From positions 10,451 to 74,450 of the IMG/VR virus record IMGVR_UViG_3300007722_000007: a stretch of DNA of 64,000 nucleotides; one strand, given 5' to 3'. Within the stretch, counting starts at the first letter, position 1. The number at the start of each line of letters is the position of its first letter. Positions 39,162 through 49,700 of the stretch are shown in pieces. The DNA is from a virus. The notes beneath the pieces are model-generated. The model was given only the letters and a program-made list of their open reading frames with translations. It made no database searches and had not been told where the DNA came from. Made by a program: the position numbers and the translations under genes.

Positions 39162-41238
39162 ACGACATGAAGCAGCGGAGTGCGTTGGCTGTATCAAGTC
39201 CGGGGAATCCCGGACTCGCAAGCTCATGCCGGCGATGGCAATTTCTCGACCAAACATTTATTTATTGCCCCTTCTGATTCTTAACGATAAACAAAAGGCA
39301 ATTGAATTTAAATGCGCCCAAATGACGGCAGCAGGGAAAAACATATCGGCCTACGATCAGAGCGTGCGTTTTAAGGCCGACATAATCAATATAAACCTTC
39401 CCTCAACTCAGGAACTAAAGTCAGTTGTTGCTCCGATCGTTCCTGGTGGGAGGGCAAATCCAATACGCTCAACGGCATGGTCTCTTGCCATCCCGGGTGG
39501 CCGCGGTGGAGCCCCAAACGTACTTGCACGCACGCTTCCCGGACAGGTTAAGCCGACACGCGGCTTTCGGTGCCCGGAAGGATTTCAATTTGGGGGCAGG
39601 TTTACGGACAAATATTACAGCACATGCGGCAAACAGCTTTTCCAGTTAGCGCTATCTATCGCCAATCAATTACTGAATGTAGGCACCATCGCGGCGGATA
39701 ATTCACCACGGGAAATTTCAATAAATGGCAGACCGGTGCAAGCCTTAAAGCCCAATGGTCAAACGTCATCAATACGGCGCCCGAATATTTTAATACCAAA
39801 AGTGGGGCGAATGAATTTCGCTCTTTACAAACAAGCAATCGGTAATGTCGTTGCCGAAATGTCTACCGTTAATCGTCGACTGGCACGAATGGTAAGGCGG
39901 GATGGCGTTGTTTTGACACCGGTTGTTTCCGCAAGTGTGTTACGCACCGTTCCGGACTCGCGGGATATGGAGGGGGCCTCATATATTATCAATGCCGTCA
40001 CCCCGTCAGACATCGGTCGTTCCGAACTTGGAATGCTGTCGAATACCGGAGTTACCCAGCTTCTCTACGTCCTGCCAGACGGATCATCTATTTCATTGCG
40101 CAAAAAACGAAACCTATCCCCTGGGGAAAGTCGCAAACTCGGGAAAACCATCGCAAGCGCAGAATCAATGCGAGCTAGTTCAAACCCGGCAGGTCGTCTT
40201 GAAATGATTGCCGCAGAAATGAATGGGGCCATGGCGTATGAACAGCAATTCGTGAATGCATCTGGCGCGAATGACATAATTGAAGTTAATGTACCTGGAT
40301 CAAAAACGCCAAAGCAAATGCGTCGCTGGTATGCGGAGGCCTTCAAAAAAACAAATGTCGCTAAAATTAAAAAGGTGAGAAAAACGCAAATTGAAGACGA
40401 GGCGGGGTTTGTTGAAAGTCTTGACGAAGCGCTTAATCTAATTTCAAATGGTGGGCAAATAGGGAATATCCGGCCACATATCCGCGCAACGGCTTTGGCA
40501 AAAAGCTCAATTGTCGACTCCAAAAAAATAAATTCTAAAATTACCGAGCACAGTCTCGATCGCCAAAAAATTCTTGAAGTTTCGCCGACCACGGAATTTG
40601 AACATCTCGGGGCAATGTTTTCATCCGAGGTCCAGGCACATTTAGGACTAGCATCAACAGACATTTGGTTCGCCGGGACCGGAACCCGAAGGCCGTATTT
40701 GGTTTCTCTTCCGGAAGATGCGATTTCCGGTGGCCGTTCGGCAAGGGGATCTGGTTTGAAATCGGCAAATCCATCGGATATTGCGACCCTGTTTATTGCG
40801 GACCTTTTAACCGACACCAGAATGCGTAATCCGTCATCCATATTCACGATCGACACGGGGGCGGCCGTACGAAGCTTCGGTTCTCCGGTCATATCCGCAG
40901 GACTCGCCGGACTATCGATAAAAGAAAAAACCGCACGTATCGGCATGCCGATAAATAAATTACTTTTAGAAAATGATAAATTAACATATCGTTATTACTT
41001 CGCCGAAATCAACGCAAGACAGAAGAAGATAGTGCTTGAAATGCTGGAGCGCCTACTGAGCAAAGCCAACAATTTCAATTTCGCAGATTTCGCCCAAAGA
41101 CTCACAATTGACGGAGAACTTACAGACGCCGAACGGAACCACCTCACGATACTTAAACAACTATACGAAACGCGTGTTCGCCGGCTGTTAGGGTCCGTCG
41201 GCGCAATTAAGAATTTTATCGGTGGCGCAAATGAATAA
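39127..41238 (+). CDS. Putative cargo protein with an RC-x-GRFT tag and a degenerate HipA/PI3K-like C-terminal domain
   Basis: RCPEGFQFGGRFTDKYYSTC; C-terminal EHLGAMFSSEVQAHLGL...DLLTDTRMRNPSSI. The real start is probably downstream of 39127. Confidence 0.55.
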   Translation: MMTIIGSSSLSKRHEAAECVGCIKSGESRTRKLMPAMAISRPNIYLLPLLILNDKQKAIEFKCAQMTAAGKNISAYDQSVRFKADIININLPSTQELKSVVAPIVPGGRANPIRSTAWSLAIPGGRGGAPNVLARTLPGQVKPTRGFRCPEGFQFGGRFTDKYYSTCGKQLFQLALSIANQLLNVGTIAADNSPREISINGRPVQALKPNGQTSSIRRPNILIPKVGRMNFALYKQAIGNVVAEMSTVNRRLARMVRRDGVVLTPVVSASVLRTVPDSRDMEGASYIINAVTPSDIGRSELGMLSNTGVTQLLYVLPDGSSISLRKKRNLSPGESRKLGKTIASAESMRASSNPAGRLEMIAAEMNGAMAYEQQFVNASGANDIIEVNVPGSKTPKQMRRWYAEAFKKTNVAKIKKVRKTQIEDEAGFVESLDEALNLISNGGQIGNIRPHIRATALAKSSIVDSKKINSKITEHSLDRQKILEVSPTTEFEHLGAMFSSEVQAHLGLASTDIWFAGTGTRRPYLVSLPEDAISGGRSARGSGLKSANPSDIATLFIADLLTDTRMRNPSSIFTIDTGAAVRSFGSPVISAGLAGLSIKEKTARIGMPINKLLLENDKLTYRYYFAEINARQKKIVLEMLERLLSKANNFNFADFAQRLTIDGELTDAERNHLTILKQLYETRVRRLLGSVGAIKNFIGGANE

Positions 41239-44200
41239 GTTCCAGCTCGTAATAGATGGGTCAAATAATTCCGCGTATGGGGTGATTGCCACGATCGCCA
41301 ACGCAGATAAATACATCGGCAATATGTCACACGGTGCAGATTGGGCTAAGTGGGCTGGAAAATCGGGTTTTAGGAAGCTGGAGATAATCGAATCACTTGA
41401 CATGCACTTGTCCCTTGGCGATGTCATCCCGTTATCTAGTGATGAAGTTTTGAAATTAAAAAGCCTGCTTAGCGATAGCGCGTTTGGGGCACTGAGTAAC
41501 TTTGTCGAACAGAATCTATTATTAACCAAAAATAATCCAGAGCCAGAAAATCTGATTGAGGACGACGAGCCAGAATACGAACTTGTTGCCGATTGGCCAA
41601 TTACCGATATCGCCCTAAGTCTGATCGAGGTTCAGTTTAAGATGAACGCCGTTCACTACAAGGCGAAGTCGTTCATTTCGGACTCATCGGCATCTTCTTT
41701 TTCACTTAGCACAAAGGGCGTGCGAGCAATGTGGGACCCTAATTTTCCTGGTGGTGGCAGATGGCGCTGCCCTCCAGAAAGTGGATACACCGCCGGCCAA
41801 TTTACCAATAGATTTGGGCGGGGGTGTTTGCCCGGCGCAGCTCGCAGAATAGGCCGAAGAATGCTGTCCCTTGCTGATGCCGGCGTACTAAAGCGGACCC
41901 TAGGAGACCGTGGCGGGATACTTGAGGCCAGGGGATTTTTAAGGGACGAGCGTGGACTGGCCGCCGCTGGGAGACGTTCGGCCAACCGGATTGAAAGACA
42001 GGGGCGTCGCACCGAAAGGCGCATTGCGGGATTGGCCAAAGATACCGATGATTTAAATAATCCAAATCCTCAGCGCCCAGCCGCAAATCGGTCAGAACGA
42101 CGCAAAAAACGAGGCAACAGACTCGCCGCGTTTGCTGATCGGCTGACAGGAGAGCGGGTAACCCCAAGAAACAATCAAGCGAACCAACCAGATAATCTCG
42201 CAGATGAATCCCCTGTAACTGTTTCCACGGCGCGCATGAATCGGAGAATTAACAATAGCGCCAAGCCATTAGAGCTTGAACCGGGCACGGTATTAACCGA
42301 TGAAAGAAACACCACCGATCAACTATTACTCGACCAGGGTTTCGCCGAGATTGAGCGAAGTTTAGATGAGATTGAACAAAGTTTAGATGATAATAAACTC
42401 CGTAGAAAAAGGCGAAGCAAAACTCCAGTACGCCCACACATAATTGACAGAATCAGTAAGCGTCGCCAAGACGGCAGATTGCGGATTTCCGATGTGCGCC
42501 CCAGGGTCAGGGAAACCCGCGGCCCAGATAATATCGGGCCGCGAGAGACAATGCGCGAACGAGCCGCCTTACGGCTTGAAAGACTGGCCCAAAGATTAAC
42601 GGCCAGAAATAACCGTACGGTTACGCCGAACACAACTATCCAAAGTCCGGAACCGGCGGTCAATAGCCAATTAGGGCAACGGGCGCGGATGAGGCAGGTA
42701 GTGCTAAGTAAGGATAGTCCACGGCGGGTACTGTACGGCAATATCATTCCGTCGCAACGCACAGCGCGGAATCTAAAGGGGTGGGAAGCATATACCGCTA
42801 TCGAGCAACAATCATTGGAGGCGTCAGCTACGAAAGCGCAAAAGCGCCTCACTGACGGCTGGAGGACGCGGTTGGGGCTGTCTCCGGCCGACAATTTGGA
42901 CGAAGACGCAATTGACACATGGATGAAGGCATTAACGGTACGCCAGCCCCGAAAAGCCGCCGTACTCCAGAACCAGGCTCACAACGCCGTTATCCTTGAT
43001 GATTTCCTTGACCCAATAACATCTAATACATCCAAATTAAAAACTGAAAATTGGGCCGCAATCAAGCCGGCCATGAGAGAGTGGATCATCGCTGATGCCG
43101 GTTTAACGGCCCCAGCGCGTGTATCCCCAAAATCACGTAAAACGCCCGTACCGAATAAGCCTCCGCAGCGACCTCGGCTAGTACGGTCTGGCGGTCAGCT
43201 TGCATTGCCGCCAGGGCCAGCGCCGACACAGGGCAATCTTGTTCCGGACGCCGACGTGGTGGATGACGAATTGGTATTTGATACTCAGCCGGAGCCAAAC
43301 AACGAACTTGCACCAGTCGGGGTCGATGTAGTTACAAGCACAAATGAACACGGGACAATTGACGCTGCAGAAAACGCCTTGTTCATATATGAAGAAAATA
43401 CGAAACTATACAGAGACCCGATTTCCGGCATGTATAAAGAAGACTATAAAGACTTGCCGATAACAATAGATACGGAAGTGAACACAATGCAGCCGTTGCC
43501 CCTGATGCAGCGGAAAAAGAAAAATGGGGCCATCGTCTCGTATCCGAAAATTCGTAATCACCAAGGGTTTGTTGGTGGCAAGGCCGTCATAGTGCAGCTG
43601 TCACTCGCTCCAAACACAACAAGGCCCGGAGAGGGTCACAGCGTTTCAACATGGGCCGAAGCAAGAGGGGCTATCTGGAATGATTTGCCGGAAAGCGTTA
43701 AACGCGAAAATCCAGGAATAGAAATCGTAGAAATACCCAGAATAAACGGAGTACAGCAAACAGCCGACACCGTTAGTTCATTTAATAGCTCTCGGCGCTC
43801 AAGCTACCGCAATAGCACGGAAATGGCGGGAACCGATATTTCAACCCAAGATGTATTTCTTAGAACGCGAACAAGCTCGTGGAATTTTGGCCACACCGAT
43901 GTCGCTATGGTGATCTCTTCCGTAAACACGGCCCTTGTCAGCAATCAACCACAAGACTGGATGAAGGCCTGGGCGAAACTTAAAAGCGTGCACGCCGATG
44001 CGACTAGAAAGCTGGAAGCTTCCCTCACCGAGTGGAGAAGGCCGGACAATAAAAATAATTCCCGCCAGCGTCGCGAGTTCGTGCTTGCCGGAGACCTAGC
44101 GGAGACCGTTGAGGCAATTATAGAACGAGTTATGCCTTCGGTTTTTCCGATAATCATTAGTGGCGCACGGAGCGAAATGGAAGAGAGCGCAAAGCTCAGA

Positions 44201-45667
44201 AATAAACTTGCCGTTCGCCGGACTAGGGCGCAATCCGAAGGGCTGAGAATCGTCGGCGGAGTCGATCCGGCTATATTATTCCCGCCAAAATCTGCCGATG
44301 GAGTTTACATAAATCGTACCCCAGCCGAAATTGATGCGTTATATGAAAAAAATAGAGCTTTTGGGTATTTTGAGCAACTGCCCCTTGTCCTAAACCCCGG
44401 CGAATCCTATGTGGCGACGGAACTAAACGATTCCCAAATAGATTTTATGGATACCGTACAAAAAGCCCGTGACGCCTCACACGATTACCGTACCGGACTC
44501 GCACTGGAAGACGCCCATCAACAACGAGCTCAGCATCTGGCGACTCTCGGCCAAAGTGGATTTAATGATTTACCAGTACAGGTCACCCTTGAAGAAATGG
44601 AATTATTGCTTAAAACACTGGACAGTGAAGGGCAGCCGATGTACATACCTATTGTCCGCGGAATCAGCAGAAGGGGCAACGACGATAGGTCGCCACGCGA
44701 AATGGCGCAAGAATATATTTCCGGGGATAGATTTATTACTGCCGGCCAAGGGGGATCCGCCGGCGGAGAAGGGGACAATTTTTCCACCGCATCAAACCCA
44801 ATTGGCGGATACGACCCAGGCGACGAAGCGCGCGGTTCAATCCTGGCATTGATACCGCGTTCATCGCGTCTGAGCACCACGCAAGAAGTAGAAAAGATTG
44901 CCACGCATGTTCGGGATATCCATAAATTCATTAATAGATCCATCAACCACCCAAGCGAACATGTTCAACCTTCTGGTGTAAGTGAGCGCTATGAGACGGA
45001 TCCATCTGCGGGAAGGCGGACCGCCTGGGAGAACCTGTATCCGAATGAAACCGCACGACCGAATATGCCGGCGATCGTTGAGTGGGATGATTTTGATGGT
45101 TTGCACGCCCTTCAAAAAGCAGTCATGGTCGCCATTCTGTCCGACGGCATGCACTTAGCTGACTCTTCGGAATTTTCATTCTCAGTCTACGACAACCCAC
45201 GCGATGATTTCCCTAGCGCCTCCGAGCCGATCGGTGGTCTAGAGTGGTTTAAGAACACTCGGGCAGAAATTGTCGGATGGTATATACAGCTCGAAATTAA
45301 AAGGAATGCGCTGTTGGCTTCCGGCGCAGAGACATCAGAACAGCAGCAGGCAATAAGTCGCCTCGTTAACGCGCAGACATATCTCAATTTCCTTACCGAC
45401 GAAGTGACAATGAGCCCAATTCTCGGATACGACGCATATCTGTCGGGCGGAGGTAATAGTTTCTCCATAGACAAAGATCCACGACGGCTATTCCTTTCAA
45501 TGTTCCCAGGCAAATACGGAATGTACAACCACGTCATGGTGGTCAATAGGTCGGCCTTAATCGTGCTGGATTCGCCCATTTCCTTGGCGTCTGCCATGGA
45601 ATTTATGGACTCCTTCGGGGTTATTATGCCAAACGGCGAGACAATGCATATCTACAAGAGCAGGTAG
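41222..45667 (+). CDS. Large putative cargo protein with an RC-x-GQFT tag and a possible ADP-ribosyltransferase-like C-terminal domain
   Basis: RCPPESGYTAGQFTNRFGRGC, an Arg-rich linker, and C-terminal IVRG...GQGGSAGGEGDNFS...GYDAY...VVNRSAL. Likely start is ATG 41231. Confidence 0.55.
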   Translation: MAQMNKFQLVIDGSNNSAYGVIATIANADKYIGNMSHGADWAKWAGKSGFRKLEIIESLDMHLSLGDVIPLSSDEVLKLKSLLSDSAFGALSNFVEQNLLLTKNNPEPENLIEDDEPEYELVADWPITDIALSLIEVQFKMNAVHYKAKSFISDSSASSFSLSTKGVRAMWDPNFPGGGRWRCPPESGYTAGQFTNRFGRGCLPGAARRIGRRMLSLADAGVLKRTLGDRGGILEARGFLRDERGLAAAGRRSANRIERQGRRTERRIAGLAKDTDDLNNPNPQRPAANRSERRKKRGNRLAAFADRLTGERVTPRNNQANQPDNLADESPVTVSTARMNRRINNSAKPLELEPGTVLTDERNTTDQLLLDQGFAEIERSLDEIEQSLDDNKLRRKRRSKTPVRPHIIDRISKRRQDGRLRISDVRPRVRETRGPDNIGPRETMRERAALRLERLAQRLTARNNRTVTPNTTIQSPEPAVNSQLGQRARMRQVVLSKDSPRRVLYGNIIPSQRTARNLKGWEAYTAIEQQSLEASATKAQKRLTDGWRTRLGLSPADNLDEDAIDTWMKALTVRQPRKAAVLQNQAHNAVILDDFLDPITSNTSKLKTENWAAIKPAMREWIIADAGLTAPARVSPKSRKTPVPNKPPQRPRLVRSGGQLALPPGPAPTQGNLVPDADVVDDELVFDTQPEPNNELAPVGVDVVTSTNEHGTIDAAENALFIYEENTKLYRDPISGMYKEDYKDLPITIDTEVNTMQPLPLMQRKKKNGAIVSYPKIRNHQGFVGGKAVIVQLSLAPNTTRPGEGHSVSTWAEARGAIWNDLPESVKRENPGIEIVEIPRINGVQQTADTVSSFNSSRRSSYRNSTEMAGTDISTQDVFLRTRTSSWNFGHTDVAMVISSVNTALVSNQPQDWMKAWAKLKSVHADATRKLEASLTEWRRPDNKNNSRQRREFVLAGDLAETVEAIIERVMPSVFPIIISGARSEMEESAKLRNKLAVRRTRAQSEGLRIVGGVDPAILFPPKSADGVYINRTPAEIDALYEKNRAFGYFEQLPLVLNPGESYVATELNDSQIDFMDTVQKARDASHDYRTGLALEDAHQQRAQHLATLGQSGFNDLPVQVTLEEMELLLKTLDSEGQPMYIPIVRGISRRGNDDRSPREMAQEYISGDRFITAGQGGSAGGEGDNFSTASNPIGGYDPGDEARGSILALIPRSSRLSTTQEVEKIATHVRDIHKFINRSINHPSEHVQPSGVSERYETDPSAGRRTAWENLYPNETARPNMPAIVEWDDFDGLHALQKAVMVAILSDGMHLADSSEFSFSVYDNPRDDFPSASEPIGGLEWFKNTRAEIVGWYIQLEIKRNALLASGAETSEQQQAISRLVNAQTYLNFLTDEVTMSPILGYDAYLSGGGNSFSIDKDPRRLFLSMFPGKYGMYNHVMVVNRSALIVLDSPISLASAMEFMDSFGVIMPNGETMHIYKSR

Positions 45668-45676
45668 ACTTAGATT

Positions 45677-46102
45677 ATGGATACGCAATCAATTGCTGAA
45701 CTTTTCAAAAAAGCAACGCTCCGCGCAGAGGCTTTATCAGACGACGATACGGCCGTACTCGACAATGCCACAAATGAAATTAAGGAAGATTATTACGCCT
45801 ATGACAATCTGGCCAAATATCCGCCATTCTCCTATAGAGCGCTGGGTGTAGGGCGACGCTACAGGGAGTTGCTCTTAGGCGAATTGGCTGCTTTCACACG
45901 CGGGATAAAGGAATATGATTCATTTGCCGCCATAGACGCCGAATACGAAATAGATATAGAGGAAGCCAATTCGTACCGTAAATTATACGACACCCCAGAG
46001 GCGGCGGCGATGAGCTATATGCGCCATATCGGCATTAAGCCATCAAAACAGGAACTTCAAGGATTCACAATTTGGGTCGGCGACGCAGAGATACCGCGAT
46101 GA
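45677..46102 (+). CDS. Small acidic hypothetical protein (candidate immunity partner)
   Basis: 141 aa, starting 9 nt after the putative toxin-ended gene. Confidence 0.55.
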   Translation: MDTQSIAELFKKATLRAEALSDDDTAVLDNATNEIKEDYYAYDNLAKYPPFSYRALGVGRRYRELLLGELAAFTRGIKEYDSFAAIDAEYEIDIEEANSYRKLYDTPEAAAMSYMRHIGIKPSKQELQGFTIWVGDAEIPR

Positions 46103-46641
46103 ATGACGGGAATCAAAAAAGACAGGCGTTAAAAATCGCCAGGTATATGGGGTGCTCCGGCGTCCACAAGGGCAACAAGGGTGAGTGGATGCCGTGCGCC
46201 GATCATGATACCCTACAGAGACTTTCGCAAGCCGCGGAGAGCGACTCATGGCTGAAAAAACAATCGGCAAAATCTGGGCAGTACGGTACCGCCGGAACCG
46301 TCCAAAAACGTAGTGCGAAAGGGGGAGGACGTAGCCCAACATCCGAAAATCAAATTGGCAAAATAGGGGGAACCAGGAAATATTTGGCCATAAAAAGAAA
46401 TAAGCCAATTGTGCTCCCCCGATCGGCGATAATTCAACGTCTTGGCAGTTTGGACAACGGTTCCCCACGAAGATCAAAACGCAAGGCGCGGGGTGCCAAA
46501 TGGGAGCGTTTAACCGAACGCGGGGTAATTGGCTTGTCGTCCCTGGACGGCGGCGGAATAGTTTCCGCGAGTGCACTTTCAAAAATGTTTAGCGTTTCTG
46601 ACGGCAAAAGAAAATACTTAAATCAATTCCCCACAGCGTAA
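46099..46641 (+). CDS. Basic protein with a DUF3721-like GCxGxH...WMPC motif
   Basis: ARYMGCSGVHKGNKGEWMPCADH; the ATGA overlap at 46099 fixes the likely start. Confidence 0.6.
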   Translation: MNDGNQKRQALKIARYMGCSGVHKGNKGEWMPCADHDTLQRLSQAAESDSWLKKQSAKSGQYGTAGTVQKRSAKGGGRSPTSENQIGKIGGTRKYLAIKRNKPIVLPRSAIIQRLGSLDNGSPRRSKRKARGAKWERLTERGVIGLSSLDGGGIVSASALSKMFSVSDGKRKYLNQFPTA

Positions 46642-46718
46642 TCTCACGCTACCTTCCCGCGTTCACCAATATTATTGGTACGATAAACGCACACGAAGTA
46701 TTCTGACGCAGGGATAAT

Positions 46719-49700
46719 ATGGCCGAAAATACAGACACTGGTGACTGCTGTCCCATCGCCCCAGATGATGGCGCCGACCAGATAAATCAAAAATCAGTAG
46801 GATTCGGGCCTCGCCGAGTTCGGTCCGACGGCCACGATGTCTTTGTCGATAAAGAGTCCGCCCGGGAAAGATCTCGCCAGCTCGGCTGCATCGGGATTCG
46901 TCAGTATAATTCTGTTTCTGGGGGATTTGTTTGGATGCCGTGCTCTAATGAATCAGATTACCGACGGGTAACCGGAGTGGGAGTTTTAGCCGGACGAAGA
47001 TCAGAGCGGGATTTGTCTAGACGTATTGCCAGAATACTAAAGAAAAAAACCGACGAAGTTAAGGCACTTGGTCCACCGATCGGCGGACCTCAACGGGATA
47101 TGAATCCAGCTACGGCGCGAAATGCCGATAATGACCCATTTGTCCTAGAGGGAATTCCAACGATAAATAGGGGTCGCGGCGTTATCGACCCGACCCCCGG
47201 CTCGGACGTCGCCATCCCCGCTCCGTCAACGCCTGACGCGCCAGAATTAAGCGATACCGCTAATCGAGCAAGCGATATTGATGGCCCCGATCTACCGACA
47301 CGCCCAGATCCGGGCGCTGCCCCTAGTGATAAACCGTCCATAGCGCGTTCTCCTAAAAAGCCATCAACGCGCCGAGCGTCAATCGCTCCGACAGACTCCC
47401 TGGCTCCCAAAATTGACACCGAACCCAGAAGGAACACAGCTAGAGATACTGTACCTGCCGCTACGGGAGCAATGCGTGGCGACAAGGTCACTCCGGCTAG
47501 ATTCATATTACCGGAGAATGACGAACTTGTTCGTCGCGTAAAAGGCGCAATTGCCAAATGGCTTGATGGAACCCCGGAGCGCGAACGCAGTAATTTGCTT
47601 CAGCGGAATGACAGAAGTGGGCGCAACAATTTCTTCGCCCAGATGTACCAAGACGACGCCGCGCGGTCGACGCTGCGGAGTTTCATATGGGGTGATATAG
47701 AAACCGCAGATGCGGCGGTTGCCTATTGGGGTGGCCAATTTGCGGATTCGGCAGACCGCGTCATCACCAAAATCGATACCGGGACGCTTAACGAGGCCGA
47801 CTACGTGGATGCTTTTAGGTTATACCAAAAAGCCGTCTCTCAGGCGCCTGATTTTTCACGGGGGATCATGGACACGTACGCAGTGGCTGATCCCGGAATT
47901 GACGAAGAAGTTTTATTTTCCAACCTGTCCGGATGGACGCTGCCAACAACGATTGAAAGCATGACCCCGAATACCACTCCACTTCAGTCATTTGGGGCTC
48001 AGGGGATTATAGCGATAACGGATATTTTTAGGGCGGCGGTTAGCCAATTAAAGTTTCCCGTGCAACGCGAAAATGCGCAAACCTTTCCGGAGGGGAATAA
48101 ACTTCGTGCCGGTTTTACCGCAAACCGCGCCGTCTACCCGCATGACTATGGAAATGTCTTATTGCGACGCCTGCTCGATGTATCAAATTCCGTCCGTAAC
48201 GCTAATAGCGAGCCAATACGCGAAACCATCCTTGGGTCGGCCCTGAATTCATTCGCAATGTATGTCGCGGCGCATGGCGTTCTGGTCCATGATTCAGATT
48301 TAATGGATAGCTCATTTGGAATAATGAACAATCTTCTTGAACAGTTACTAGCTGACAAAGAATCAACTGCCGTACTAGCAAAAATGGGACAATTATTTGA
48401 TTTGCTAGATACGCATCTTGTTGATTATACCGAAGCTAGAAGAAGAGCGCGCTTAGAAATAATTGCCGCTGCGAAAGAAAATGGATTATTGAGGAAAAGT
48501 GAGGACTTATTTGATAACGATGTGCCGCTTGCTGTCGCAGAGCATCTTGACAACTCAAAACAAGCATTTTCTACAAGAAATGAGCATGTCGCCGCGGTTA
48601 TAGCGCCGATTGGCGAAGATAAGTTGCGAAGAGTAATGCGGGACATTTTCGCGCGCAACAATTATTTAGACGGGAGCACGATAGAGAAATATTCCCCAGC
48701 TTCTCCCGGTGACGCCATAGCTCTCGCTTCCGAATTAAATCCCCCGCAAAGGGACAGGAATATTACCAGGCTCAGCACGGAAAACGCAAAAGCATTTGAA
48801 TCTATTACCTCATATCTCTATTCTGATAATCCAATATTTTTGGTCGACAACAACGACCAAATCCAACTATGGGCAAATTTATTGCAATACGGCAAACGCC
48901 GAATGTTACACCGCACCCTGAAACAAATGAGCCCCAAAAAACGCGCTGAGTTTATGGCCGTAGACCCTGAGACGGCCGATGTCCTTCTTGACTCGGCCAA
49001 GGAATCATGGCTATCCCACAGACAGATCAACGAGGGGTTCGGCCCCGACAATTATCCGCTTGATGACAATATCAACGCCACGCTGACAAACTATCCGATC
49101 GAGGATGTTCATTACAGAATCCCGCAGCGCATTACGGATAGCTCCTCTAATCCGCTTGTCCTGATAGCTAACGCCCTGCGCCTTCGCCAGTATCAGCTGG
49201 ACCGAGTCAACAATAACGATTATACAAATTCCATACGAGCCTTAATCGACGGCCTTCTCGGTGGCAATCCAAAACAATCAAACAAAATTTTTGATTTAAT
49301 GATTCTGCCATCGCCCGCCGCGCTTTTAATTGACCGCTACGCGAATAGCATCCCCAACTTTTTACACACGCTGGGAGAATATGATAACGACATTCAGGGC
49401 AACAATCGTGGTCAATTTAGAAATAATGATTCGGTATACCCCAATACAATGACGGCCCTTGGGGTTTTGGGGGACGCAAAACACGCACTTGCCGGGCTTG
49501 CCGGGAACATGGATGAATATGCCAATATGGCGTCACGGCGAATGGTGCTTATTACGGACGATTTAATTGATCGAGAAAATTACGACATTGATCCACTGGT
49601 TGAAAACTACCTAAACGCCGCCCCTTTTGGGTACGGTCCGAGTGGATCCATGGTCGGGCATATCGGCCAAAACTATCCCCGTGACAAAAGGGAATCTGGA

